In this document: in pieces, positions 28,403-37,641 of the stretch | How the letters are laid out: the number at the start of each line of letters is the position of its first letter | How positions within the stretch are numbered: the first letter of the stretch is position 1 | Source of the DNA: a virus | Taxonomy: Duplodnaviria > Caudoviricetes | Direction: 5' to 3' (one strand) | IMG/VR virus record: IMGVR_UViG_3300022908_000070 | Coordinates: 1,185-65,184 of that record | Length of the DNA: 64,000 nt | Program-made: the position numbers and the translations under genes | Notes under the pieces: generated by a model | The model's input: only the letters and a program-made list of their open reading frames with translations | Database searches by the model: none | Told to the model about the DNA's origin: nothing

Positions 28403-28942
28403 TCATTTGTTTAAAGCGGTTGCGACCACCTTTTGCACCCTATCATTGATGATCGGGGATATCCGGTTGAAGGCTGGGAAAAAGAAAGGCTGGGGCGTTA
28501 TCCCATGTACCATGATCGACACATAAATCGGATACCATAGCTTTTCGTCGATCCCCTTCCGTTGGCACCAGGCAAAGATTGCCTCTTTGGCAGTCAGCCC
28601 GTTAGCTTCAGAATACAAACCGCTGGCAAAGTTCCCTTTGAACTGGGCCGCATATTCTTCTAGTCCATCCGGAATGCGGACCTTTTCCATAGTACCGAAC
28701 TCGATATAAGGGCTATATTCTGCATTACTGGTGATCTCATATCTCAATGCCTCGACCTGGTGATAATCGATCTGTTGACGTAATGTACCCTGATCTCCGG
28801 GCGCTCGTTGTTTTGCTTCCGCCACAATTGCCTGAGAACCGTCCCGCAATTCTCTATCAACATCGCGAACAAGCTTATCCTGCGCTCTATACAGGCGTTG
28901 CCTCAGTTCATCGATTCCTACTATGGCGGGATTGTCAGCCAT
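28403..28942 (-). CDS. HK97 gp10-like neck protein
   Basis: AK.RAP.D.G.LR..I, YSPYIEFGT, PQPFFFPA. Confidence 0.85.
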   Translation of the reverse strand: MADNPAIVGIDELRQRLYRAQDKLVRDVDRELRDGSQAIVAEAKQRAPGDQGTLRQQIDYHQVEALRYEITSNAEYSPYIEFGTMEKVRIPDGLEEYAAQFKGNFASGLYSEANGLTAKEAIFAWCQRKGIDEKLWYPIYVSIMVHGITPQPFFFPAFNRISPIINDRVQKVVATALNK

Positions 28943-29276
28943 CGATTTTATTTAGGGAAAAGGTGAATAAATGACGTTTCTGATCTACTAATTCCCAATC
29001 CATTATCTGATACGGCTGGCCGTTGATCAGCGCCCTGGTATCCTGATTAATAACCAGGTCGGATTGATAGCGGCATTCCAGGTTGTATCCTTTGTCAAAC
29101 TGAAGGCTACCGGCCTCTATGGACTTGCCTCCTTTGATCTTTGTCAGCTTGCCCCGAGTCGTTGCTGTGGTTACCCAATTGTCATCCTGTCCCCCGCTGG
29201 CATTATCAATCGGCTGGTTCTGTTGGAAGACTACCGCCTCCCGCATATCGCCAATGCTAAATGCGCTCAATGCCAT
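28935..29276 (-). CDS. Head closure / head-tail adaptor
   Basis: IGDMRE.V.FQ...D..GG...W pattern. Confidence 0.8.
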   Translation of the reverse strand: MALSAFSIGDMREAVVFQQNQPIDNASGGQDDNWVTTATTRGKLTKIKGGKSIEAGSLQFDKGYNLECRYQSDLVINQDTRALINGQPYQIMDWELVDQKRHLFTFSLNKIDG

Positions 29277-29884
29277 ACTATCCTCCTGTATTTATCGGCC
29301 AACACCTGAGAGGCAGCACAGACGCCCGGCTGGTCCGCGTTATACCTTTTCCCTTCATCTCCCCGCTTCTCATAACGGAAAGCGATCTCATTGAGGATTG
29401 CGAGTTTTAGATCTTTCGGAATGGCGTTCTGATAGCCAGAGGTGTACACGATCAGCAAAGCGCAAGCTGCATTCATCGTCATACTCTTGAATTGCGTGCC
29501 GGTCAGGCTGAAATCCTCGTTTTCTGTCAACGTCTGCAATCCGCCGCCGGAAGTCTTTTGAGTGACGCTAAGAAGCTCTTTTATCGGCCCGTACGGAAGT
29601 TCAAAGATATTTTCTTCATCCTCCGGGCTGCGGTAGTTATTCGAAAAGCGGGTGCTGATATTGTTCTCTATTCGAAGTGCGACAGTAACCGTCTTCTCGA
29701 CCAGGGAGATGTGGCAGTAGTTTTCCAAAACAGCCCGACAGGCCGGAATGAGCATGTCCGTAAAATAGTCGTCATCCTCATTGTGGGTTACAATACATTG
29801 CGCCTTAGCTTCGGCCAGGGTAACCGGCTCGGTGATGGTGTAGGATTCTTCCTGTTGTATGTCGGTGAAGAAGTTTTGAAGCAT
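29267..29884 (-). CDS. Head-tail connector (gp6-like)
   Basis: EPVTLAEAKAQC....EDD, GY..IP.DLK.AIL...YEKRG. Confidence 0.85.
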   Translation of the reverse strand: MLQNFFTDIQQEESYTITEPVTLAEAKAQCIVTHNEDDDYFTDMLIPACRAVLENYCHISLVEKTVTVALRIENNISTRFSNNYRSPEDEENIFELPYGPIKELLSVTQKTSGGGLQTLTENEDFSLTGTQFKSMTMNAACALLIVYTSGYQNAIPKDLKLAILNEIAFRYEKRGDEGKRYNADQPGVCAASQVLADKYRRIVWH

Positions 29885-29890
29885 CGGGCC

Positions 29891-30844
29891 TTATTTTGCG
29901 TTTTGGATGAAGAGTTCCAATTCCTGGTATCCCTTCAGCGGATCCAGTTCGCGGCTGCGATGCTTACATATTTCGCTTTGTCGAAGATACGTTTTTTTAT
30001 TGTCCAGCCGCCTAATTTCCCGGACCCAGCCGTCAACGTCGTTCCGGTCCACGAATATTCCAGCCTCACCGGCGTTTTCCTTCAGGCCGAAAGTCGGCGA
30101 GCAAATCACTGGGATACCGTTACACATGGCCTCCGTGCAGGTCATACCCCAGCTCTCATACTCCGATGGCATAAGAAGGATACGCGTCTGCTGGTATATA
30201 GGAAGGATATAGGGGCTGTTTTCCAGGATCATGACATTGGGCAGGCGTTCAATTATCTGCTCGTCATAGCTTCCCCTAATGCCCATGAACATCTTATCAG
30301 GCATTCTCCGGGCGATCTCGTAGAAGATATGTCCGCCTTTATTGGCGTTGAGGTTGATAAGGGAAATAAACCGATTATTGATAGGCTCGAGGCAAACATC
30401 ATATTTTCGATAATCCACAGGAGGGCGGAGGACCATTGATGGATGTGGATATTTCAGAAGATCGGCGGCGTATTGGCTGTTATAAATGATGTTCATCGGA
30501 ATGCGGCCGTCATCCGCGCAGGCGTACCGGCGGGTATTGTGAACGATGAAGAAAACTGGCTTTTTGTAGATTTTGCAGATATGCGCCGTCCAGTTGGTAT
30601 ATTCCAGGTGGGTGAATACCCGGTCGGCCCAGTTGATATGATTCTCCAGCTGCCTTGCCGCCGGCCAAACCTCCACTCCTTCGAAGTTGTAGGTTTGGGT
30701 AATGCCGTACCGCTTCGCCTGATGCAGTAATACCCGGCATTGATGTCCTTTGGAGATCAAGTATTTGGCCATGTTATGGATAAACATCTCCCCGCCGCAG
30801 TTGTGCTTCGGCGGATACAGGTGAACGCTAAATAATACTCTCAT
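29891..30844 (-). CDS. Glycosyltransferase, GT4-like (GT-B)
   Basis: YPP..CGGE; LLMPSEYESWGMTCTEAMCNGIPVI. Confidence 0.9.
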   Translation of the reverse strand: MRVLFSVHLYPPKHNCGGEMFIHNMAKYLISKGHQCRVLLHQAKRYGITQTYNFEGVEVWPAARQLENHINWADRVFTHLEYTNWTAHICKIYKKPVFFIVHNTRRYACADDGRIPMNIIYNSQYAADLLKYPHPSMVLRPPVDYRKYDVCLEPINNRFISLINLNANKGGHIFYEIARRMPDKMFMGIRGSYDEQIIERLPNVMILENSPYILPIYQQTRILLMPSEYESWGMTCTEAMCNGIPVICSPTFGLKENAGEAGIFVDRNDVDGWVREIRRLDNKKTYLRQSEICKHRSRELDPLKGYQELELFIQNAK

Positions 30845-31608
30845 ATGATTATTGCATTTTCGGGGTACAAATCCTTTGTTTCAGGCGTCCAGGCCGGGCC
30901 GAACCATTGAGATGGGCAGACGATCTTTTTCTTCTTAGCGGGCGAAAGGATTGCGGCCATTAAAGAAAAAGAGCTGTTGCCGCAGATAAAGCCGCCGCAT
31001 CTTTTCATCATTCGGAAGTCTTCGAAATAGCTTTGTTTTGGTGCGGCATGCAGTCCGCCCGAATGCGACGCATAGGTAGAAGTGGCTATAATCATTGCCG
31101 CTGCCAAAGGGTCATCCGAAAAAACTACAAATTTTGTTGCTGGCGGGAATTGCTCAATAGCACGGGCATAGTAACTTTGATCTAGCCTTGTGTGGTATTG
31201 ATTATCGTAGTCGCCAAGGCGTACGTGGATGGCTACAAAGTCTTCGAAAGAGTCTTCTTCCTTCATCGCAAAATAATGCTGTATAACATCTTTGCAATGC
31301 TTGAAATACTTCTCGCTCTGCATATGCCCCGACAGGCTTACGCCATCGGGGATACGCATATCCGGATGATACCCCCATGAGATCGGGAAGTCAGGAAGGT
31401 TGATGTCGGAAGCTGGTAGGGGGTTGACAAAATACTTCTGGAGGTCAACGTCTTCGGTTGAACCAAACCGGTCCTTGTGATCATAATTGATCCACTTCGG
31501 GAAGGCGTAACTATAACCATGCTTTGTTGCAAGGCCAATGGTCCCGGCTATCTGGAATAGCTGGTTTGCGAAACGACCGTACCGGCCGAGCTGGGAAAAT
31601 GTGATCAT
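30841..31608 (-). CDS. Alpha-1,2-fucosyltransferase, GT11
   Basis: GRFANQLFQ, QSEKYF, VAIHVRLGDY, FSDD, NSSFS. Confidence 0.9.
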   Translation of the reverse strand: MITFSQLGRYGRFANQLFQIAGTIGLATKHGYSYAFPKWINYDHKDRFGSTEDVDLQKYFVNPLPASDINLPDFPISWGYHPDMRIPDGVSLSGHMQSEKYFKHCKDVIQHYFAMKEEDSFEDFVAIHVRLGDYDNQYHTRLDQSYYARAIEQFPPATKFVVFSDDPLAAAMIIATSTYASHSGGLHAAPKQSYFEDFRMMKRCGGFICGNSSFSLMAAILSPAKKKKIVCPSQWFGPAWTPETKDLYPENAIII

Positions 31609-31645
31609 GCGGCTCGATCCGCCGTAGTGCTTTATGAGTTACATA

Positions 31646-32278
31646 TTACAGCCAAGACCTGTCGAAATATTGGTCTGCGTTCACCACGCCATCGCCGTCA
31701 ATCTCAGGGAATAGGTCGCGGTATTTATTCAGGATAAAAATACAATTGCCTTTATGAGCCAACAGGAAGTACCCTTTAGACAACCCCAGCATGACCATTC
31801 CCGAATAGGAGGCGCCCGACTTGCCTGGTATAACGATCTCAGGCGGCGCAATGGAGCTATTTACCTCGATTACCACTACGTCCGCGTTGCCCCTATAGGC
31901 ATTCCAGATATGGAAGTCGTCGTTGTCTACGTCGATGGAAAGCAGGTTCAGCCGTTCGGGAATCAATTCATTGGCGTTATGGGCGGTCACCGACCCGAAA
32001 TAAAGCTCAATCGGCTTGCCTATAGTATTGTCGATCAGGGCCTTCGCGCGGACAGGATCAGCTTCTATGAGTTTTCCCGTCCAGCCGTTTTCAAGGAGCA
32101 GTCTGGTGTTGCTACAAAAGATACCGTCAGCTGCTCCGAACTCGCAAAAAGTGCCTTTATCGATCTTCAGACGGCGAAAGACTTCGGAGAGAACTCCATC
32201 CTCCCCATTCTGGGAGTGGATATCAGCCCCGTATCTGGAATAGAAATTAACATGCTCAATAAGTGCTGATGTGCTCAT
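31646..32278 (-). CDS. FkbM-like SAM methyltransferase
   Basis: SQNGEDG, FCEFGAADG..SNT, LLSIDVD.DD, VVVIE.N. Confidence 0.75.
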   Translation of the reverse strand: MSTSALIEHVNFYSRYGADIHSQNGEDGVLSEVFRRLKIDKGTFCEFGAADGIFCSNTRLLLENGWTGKLIEADPVRAKALIDNTIGKPIELYFGSVTAHNANELIPERLNLLSIDVDNDDFHIWNAYRGNADVVVIEVNSSIAPPEIVIPGKSGASYSGMVMLGLSKGYFLLAHKGNCIFILNKYRDLFPEIDGDGVVNADQYFDRSWL

Positions 32279-32478
32279 TTAATTTGATTATAACATACCT
32301 GACATAAGTCAGAAACGGTTTTCTTTTCTTCCCCTACTTGCACCTCCAGCGTAAACCGCTGGCCCATTATAAAGGCCCCGCAATTTCTGCATGGCAGGCA
32401 GCGTGGCGATAAATTTACCCCTATTGTCATCCCCAGTACCTTTCGACGCTTCAAAAACATCTTTCTTATTTTTCCCAT
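32275..32478 (-). CDS. Small Cys-rich (zinc-finger-like) protein
   Basis: CRNC and CQVC pairs; stop overlaps next start. Confidence 0.5.
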   Translation of the reverse strand: MGKIRKMFLKRRKVLGMTIGVNLSPRCLPCRNCGAFIMGQRFTLEVQVGEEKKTVSDLCQVCYNQIK

Positions 32479-33203
32479 TCATGATTACGTTTACGGTGGT
32501 GCCAAAGTAACACAGGATATCTGTCATTTGCAAATCCGGCCCTTAGGTGTTCTGCGGTAATCGTTGGAAACCAATGTAATCGATATCCGTATTTAATTTG
32601 CAAACAGCATAGAATTGACTGATCCCAGCGGTGTTCTTGGAAAGATGCGACATTTAGGTTTTTGCTGGGTTCGTTGTCGATCATCCCGGGAAGCAGGGAC
32701 CACGCGTACCACTCTTGAATAAACCGGCGCGTTTCAGTCGTTACCCTTACAAAGAAAGTCGATGCCTGTACCTGGGGTTTATCAATCCGGCAATCATTGT
32801 CAAGGTCTCTGTAATAATACTCCGGCAGGATGTTCTCGATACAATCCATCTTACACCAATCCGTATGAGGCCACCCATTAGAAAAGAAAAGGATATCTTG
32901 GTCCATCCCCTGTATTGCCTGCCGCATATCCGCTATCCATTCGTTACCGGCATCGCAATACACAAGGATATCTCCGTCGCTTAGTCGGCACATCTCCCGG
33001 TGGACAATATAGGGTTTCCAGCAATAAAAGCCGGCTCCGCGCTCGTGCTTCAGGACGTCGGCCATTGTCTCCTTGAACTCAGGGGACAGATCGCCTGGCG
33101 TCCAGATGCTATAAGCATCCGCCCCATGCTCCATCGCAGACTGAGCGCATTTGTTGGCGCTTATGGTCATGCGGTCATCGGTGAAGGTTATCAGTTTAAT
33201 CAC
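32466..33203 (-). CDS. Putative GT-A-fold glycosyltransferase
   Basis: RGAGFYCWKP, DILVYCDAG, EHRWDQSIL. Confidence 0.65.
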   Translation of the reverse strand: MIKLITFTDDRMTISANKCAQSAMEHGADAYSIWTPGDLSPEFKETMADVLKHERGAGFYCWKPYIVHREMCRLSDGDILVYCDAGNEWIADMRQAIQGMDQDILFFSNGWPHTDWCKMDCIENILPEYYYRDLDNDCRIDKPQVQASTFFVRVTTETRRFIQEWYAWSLLPGMIDNEPSKNLNVASFQEHRWDQSILCCLQIKYGYRLHWFPTITAEHLRAGFANDRYPVLLWHHRKRNHEWEK

Positions 33204-33333
33204 GCGGCTTAGGGTTTATAATAACGTATACGATTGCGCTTAGCCATCCTGCCAAAAAATCGCTTGCGCCAATGTGTTCCAAAATAACAGCCGCACCAAG
33301 TGACGCGACCAAGCCGAGTATTATATTTTTCAT
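33196..33333 (-). CDS. 45-aa two-helix membrane peptide (below ORF-track cutoff)
   Basis: MKNIILGLVASLGAAVILEHIGASDFLAGWLSAIVYVIINPKPRD; ATGA overlap with GT25 stop. Confidence 0.55.
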   Translation of the reverse strand: MKNIILGLVASLGAAVILEHIGASDFLAGWLSAIVYVIINPKPRD

Positions 33334-33968
33334 ATGCTCATTATTTTATTCCCTTCGGCAAAAGCGCCAGTATAGTCCGTATCCGTTCCCCAGAGATCCG
33401 ATTTCCCTGGACGCTGCCAGGCAACCATCGGATTGACGATATAGGCGTTACAGGCGGGCAGTATGACCTCTGAAAGCCACGCGTCGTACATAGCCTCTGG
33501 GTTGAAGAGCGACACGATTCGCGCAGCGCATTCCCGGGTGTAAGCTACTGCGTGAGTTGTCCACGCTCGGTATACCTGGTAGATCGTTGGCGTGATCTGC
33601 CGAGGGGGGAAATCTTTAATCCCGGTTACCATACCGGTAATGTTCGCTCCCAGATACAAAATATCCCAGCCCTTCGGCAAATCCTTCAGCGCGGTCGGCA
33701 AGTGCCCTAAATCATGAAAGACCACATCATCCTCCAAGGCGAGAAGTGTCTGCTTACCCGTAGCCAGAAAGCTTTTAAGCATAGCATACTGAGACAGGCA
33801 GAAGGATTTTATCGGCTGATCAGCCGGCAGACTGGCAAATCGTTCAACTCTTTCCATCTTCGCCCGTGATAATTCTTCCTTGGCCTGCTCCCAACGGTCC
33901 GGTCGGCTGTCCTGGTTGAGGCAATAAATCACTTCGAAGAAGTCCCATACGCTTTTGTTGTTGCTCAT
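33330..33968 (-). CDS. Glycosyltransferase, GT25-like
   Basis: YCLNQDSRPDRW, LALEDD, WDILYLG, TTHAVAY. Confidence 0.85.
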   Translation of the reverse strand: MSNNKSVWDFFEVIYCLNQDSRPDRWEQAKEELSRAKMERVERFASLPADQPIKSFCLSQYAMLKSFLATGKQTLLALEDDVVFHDLGHLPTALKDLPKGWDILYLGANITGMVTGIKDFPPRQITPTIYQVYRAWTTHAVAYTRECAARIVSLFNPEAMYDAWLSEVILPACNAYIVNPMVAWQRPGKSDLWGTDTDYTGAFAEGNKIMSI

Positions 33969-34260
33969 GCTTCAATATTTGTGCAATTCCCAGCAGCTCG
34001 TCGGTGCTGATTAGGTCCTTATGGCTAAGATATTGGGCTTTTATACAGTCTACGAACTCCTGCAGGCTTTTAGTTTCGAATATTGGCCCCGGTTCTCCGT
34101 CGCTCCATACCCAATATGCAATGAATTGATGCGGGATGAATACGACGGTTGACCGCTGGCATTTCAACCCGAAAGGCTGCTTTTTGACCACACAGCGTTC
34201 AATCTCTTCGATGGTCTTTTCGTCACTGCTGGCCGATGATAGATAGACTCGAATATTCAT
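33844..34260 (-). CDS. Hypothetical protein
   Basis: ATG at 34260; 3' end overlaps GT25 by 125 nt. Confidence 0.45.
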   Translation of the reverse strand: MNIRVYLSSASSDEKTIEEIERCVVKKQPFGLKCQRSTVVFIPHQFIAYWVWSDGEPGPIFETKSLQEFVDCIKAQYLSHKDLISTDELLGIAQILKHEQQQKRMGLLRSDLLPQPGQPTGPLGAGQGRIITGEDGKS

Positions 34261-34359
34261 AATGAAAAAAGACCGGTCATCAATTCGAGGTTGATTTCCG
34301 GCCTTTTGGCTTATCAATAAGTCGTTGGCGCCCTCGAAACACTAACGACCTGAACTTTC

Positions 34360-34392
34360 AAAAAATAGTGAAGGAGTAGAAACCCCCTCACT
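34360..34392 (-). terminator. Terminator downstream of major capsid gene
   Basis: GTGAGGGGG-TTTCTA-CTCCTTCAC stem then TATTTTTT. Confidence 0.65.
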
Positions 34393-34437
34393 CGTAATAT
34401 GTAAGACTCGCACACTGCGACACGATGTTGATACCCT

Positions 34438-35610
34438 TTATGCGTAAATAAACGCATCAGGGCGAAGGATAGCCAGATCCACGCGGCACTCAGCGCGGGC
34501 GGTGATGATATTCTGACGAACGTTAGTCCCGTCCTGCTCAAAGAATTCCACCGATAATCCCTCGGCTTGGATCAAGGCTGCCCTCGTGAAGTCACCAATA
34601 AGGGTCATGTTGGCGGCGATGTTGTTTTGGGCGATCAATGGAATGCCCATAAACATAATCGTACCATCGGGCGCTATCTGAATACCGCCAGGAACAGAAT
34701 AGTCGTTAGGCTTTGTTTTAAGGATTTTGGCCTTATTTCTTGCGGTGGTTACAATGGCGTTTGCGTAGTAATCATTGGCTTCCAGGTTGGCAATCCAATC
34801 GATGTAGTGCTCTGCCAGAACGGTGCCGCCGTCATTTGATGCGTCACCAACAGCAGCGGCTGCAAGCGCAGAAAAGAATTTCTGACTCTCAGACCTCTTA
34901 TAGTCTTCGACCAGCTCATTGGCGACGTAAGACTGAAGGAAGGGTAGATCCTGCATCATCTGCTTTGCGATGAGCGCAAAGCCAGCCAGGTATTCCGCAT
35001 TGACCGTTACTTCAGTCAGATCATAATCCAGCTGGTTTTTTGTTGTACCGTGGGAAGACTGTGTACCGAAAGAGCCCTCGCCTACAGGAGTGTTCTGGCG
35101 GTAGAACTTCCATGTGCCGGTAGAGCTGTTGATGACAGGGAGAAGATCGCGTATGTTAATCCTGCGCCTGCCACGTACAGCCGGTGTCAGGTCATATGTA
35201 GCCACAGTATTTCCAGTCAGATTGGCGGCAGCCGTCATCGTCCCAGCGGCTTTCATTTCCAGCTTTACGGAATTACCCTTTCGAGCGCCCTTAATTTGCT
35301 CGTGATGTTCAGCGAAGGCCTCGGCAATAAGGTCAACCGCTTTCTTTTCGAGGCCTGTTTCGCCTCCTTTAAATCGTCCCGTCTTGGCTTTGAAATCACG
35401 GATTTCCTTTTGAATTTCTTCGAGGGTAGCTCCTTTCTTGCTCATTTCCTCGTTGATCGCCTTGACTTCGTCCTGGATTTTCTGCTCCAGTTTGGTGTTC
35501 ATTTCGGCAGCCACCTGCTCAACGGAGGCAAACTTGGTATCAAAGGCAGATTTCTGCTCATCGATCTTTTTGCCGACAGATTTTATCTCGTCGATTAATA
35601 TGTCGCTCAT
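34438..35610 (-). CDS. Major capsid protein, HK97 fold
   Basis: N-terminal coiled-coil delta domain; C-terminal IGDF...RQNIITARAECRVDLAILRPDAF. Confidence 0.93.
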   Translation of the reverse strand: MSDILIDEIKSVGKKIDEQKSAFDTKFASVEQVAAEMNTKLEQKIQDEVKAINEEMSKKGATLEEIQKEIRDFKAKTGRFKGGETGLEKKAVDLIAEAFAEHHEQIKGARKGNSVKLEMKAAGTMTAAANLTGNTVATYDLTPAVRGRRRINIRDLLPVINSSTGTWKFYRQNTPVGEGSFGTQSSHGTTKNQLDYDLTEVTVNAEYLAGFALIAKQMMQDLPFLQSYVANELVEDYKRSESQKFFSALAAAAVGDASNDGGTVLAEHYIDWIANLEANDYYANAIVTTARNKAKILKTKPNDYSVPGGIQIAPDGTIMFMGIPLIAQNNIAANMTLIGDFTRAALIQAEGLSVEFFEQDGTNVRQNIITARAECRVDLAILRPDAFIYA

Positions 35611-36572
35611 GACATTGAAATTTTTAGATTAAGTAATTTGAGAGCAGCGAGTGTCTCGCTTTCGTTCGCATTACTCTTTCCGCTGGCGCCCGGCTCATTG
35701 ATCTCATGAGTGATCGCGGTATCGTAGAGAGAAATGATATGTTGAGCCGCTTTTAATTCGGCATCAATTTGCTGTATGCATTCGTCGGATGCCTTCGCCT
35801 CCCGAACGAATTTTTCTGCAGTTGGCAGAAATGATTTTAGGTCAAGCATGGCCGACTCCATCGCTTTCGTACCCCACCGGAGGTTACTCCGCGCATCGCC
35901 TATCCAACTTGCCTGACCGGAAATAAAATACATGATCCAGTTATACAGGTCGCTGGTCGTATCTAATGAGTCGGCTAGGTTGATGGCGTCCCGCATAACG
36001 CTAATGCCTCGGGAAATAACACTGGATAGAAACGCCTGTTCATTGTCGGAGAGCGCCTTTAGTTCCAGCCCCTGCACATTCATTGCCTTCTGCAGGAACT
36101 TAACCGTACTGAGCGGATTAACGGGGGCCAGTTCGTTAGCTAGCGTACTTTCACCATGGAAAACCTCTTTCAGTTCGCGCACCTTTCTCCCTTTAATGGT
36201 CGTGGATGAAGACTTAATAGCCTTAAAGCCAAAAGAGGCCTCACTAACCATGCCCATATCGACCATTTCCATCATGTCGTTGCCTCTCGTGGTATTGGCA
36301 AACTTGCCAGCCGTAAAAGCCTGTTCGGCGGCCTTATCCTCCCAAACATCAGTCACGACACCCAACTTCTTACCAAAACTGTGATCCTCCAGAAAATAGA
36401 TCCCGGCTTTGCTTTCAGACCAAGACTTATCAAACATACCCGGCCGAGAGATATCCCCCAATCGGTCAATGTTGTTATAAGTGGCATGAGCAAAGACGAC
36501 AGTTCTTTTCTCTGTAGAGAAATCCTTTTTAGTGAGGGGGAGTGACTTATATTCTAATCCGGCAATTTCCAT
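35607..36572 (-). CDS. HK97-type prohead protease
   Basis: NIDRLGDI..PGMF, FLEDH, SFGF, LKEV. Confidence 0.85.
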   Translation of the reverse strand: MEIAGLEYKSLPLTKKDFSTEKRTVVFAHATYNNIDRLGDISRPGMFDKSWSESKAGIYFLEDHSFGKKLGVVTDVWEDKAAEQAFTAGKFANTTRGNDMMEMVDMGMVSEASFGFKAIKSSSTTIKGRKVRELKEVFHGESTLANELAPVNPLSTVKFLQKAMNVQGLELKALSDNEQAFLSSVISRGISVMRDAINLADSLDTTSDLYNWIMYFISGQASWIGDARSNLRWGTKAMESAMLDLKSFLPTAEKFVREAKASDECIQQIDAELKAAQHIISLYDTAITHEINEPGASGKSNANESETLAALKLLNLKISMS

Positions 36573-36627
36573 GAATTATTCGTTCATCGAAATTAGGTAG
36601 ATAGATATTCTCTATTGAAACTATAAT

Positions 36628-36645
36628 ATGATTGATTTCACCTAT
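36628..36645 (-). promoter_or_regulatory. 18-bp late-gene upstream box, copy 2
   Basis: ATGATTGATTTCACCTAT identical to 41070-41087. Confidence 0.7.
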
Positions 36646-37469
36646 GCCGCCTGCCGGGCCATTTCCAGACGGGATACAAAACTGAGGGGTGACGGCTGCT
36701 TAGGGATCATATTTCCGTTCAAATCTCGTTTAGCGAAATACCCCATCGTGCATCTGCAGTTGCAAACTTCCTTGGCTGACCCTTCCGGATCTCCGGGGAA
36801 CATAAGGCCGTTGCTGAATGGCTGATTCAGGTCTATGCGTTCGCCATCTACGCCGGCATGGGAGTGAGATTTTCGGGTGCGGTTATCCTCGATGGCAATC
36901 CACTGCTTTTCCATCTCCACATCTTCCTCGTCAGCCGCTGCCATCTGGGTGAAGTTCGTCGCTCTGGCTGATTCTGTCCGCACTATTAACCGGGCCCGGG
37001 CCTTGGTGATATCTTCCTCTTCCAGTTCCTTGACCGTTTTATCGACGCCCCAACCTTCATTTAAGGCGTCCTGCAAGGTGGACTCAATCCGATCCACTGT
37101 CGTCTGGCTGATGGGTACGACTACTTTGTTGAGCAGGTATTTTTTGAAATAATCGATAACCGAATTGATAAACTCCTCGTTAAAACCAAAGGCTTTTTTA
37201 TTGGGCTTGTATTTCTTTGCGGCCAAAGTAGCCGCAGTGCGGTAGAGATCGGCGATAACGTCGCCAATCTCCGTGTTGAGGATGGAACCATGTATATTAC
37301 CCTGGGCAGCAGCTACTCCGTTTTTCTTAACCGCATCCGCAGCCGAGGCAATCTGCGACTGCAGGGCGGCATATACCCGACCGACATACATCTTTTCCAT
37401 GCGCCGGCGGATGATCTCCTGGTTACGTGTGTATTGCTCCTTCGTCATACTTAGCTTTAATTTCGTCAT
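36642..37469 (-). CDS. Minor head / head morphogenesis protein (Mu gpF / SPP1 gp7-like)
   Basis: RARLIVRTE, KQWIAIEDNRTR.SH, LMFPGDP...NCRC. Confidence 0.9.
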   Translation of the reverse strand: MTKLKLSMTKEQYTRNQEIIRRRMEKMYVGRVYAALQSQIASAADAVKKNGVAAAQGNIHGSILNTEIGDVIADLYRTAATLAAKKYKPNKKAFGFNEEFINSVIDYFKKYLLNKVVVPISQTTVDRIESTLQDALNEGWGVDKTVKELEEEDITKARARLIVRTESARATNFTQMAAADEEDVEMEKQWIAIEDNRTRKSHSHAGVDGERIDLNQPFSNGLMFPGDPEGSAKEVCNCRCTMGYFAKRDLNGNMIPKQPSPLSFVSRLEMARQAA

Positions 37470-37641
37470 CAGTCATCCCATCCGCCATATGCTGGAGGAT
37501 GCGGCGCCGAAATGACTCGCGGGTCAGTTCCTTTATCCGAATCGTCATCGGGCAGTCTCGCTTAATCCCCTTTGCTGGGTCCGCCCTTCGGCGAATTGGA
37601 TACCGCAGGTTTTGCAAATCCAGTATTTGTTGTTCCGTCAT
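37423..37641 (-). CDS. Small hypothetical protein
   Basis: Bridges the portal to minor-head gap, overlapping both. Confidence 0.45.
   Translation of the reverse strand: MTEQQILDLQNLRYPIRRRADPAKGIKRDCPMTIRIKELTRESFRRRILQHMADGMTDDEIKAKYDEGAIHT

Noticed and set aside
29492-30439. 315-aa plus-strand ORF
   Set aside because: Antisense to GT4 and connector genes, no motifs
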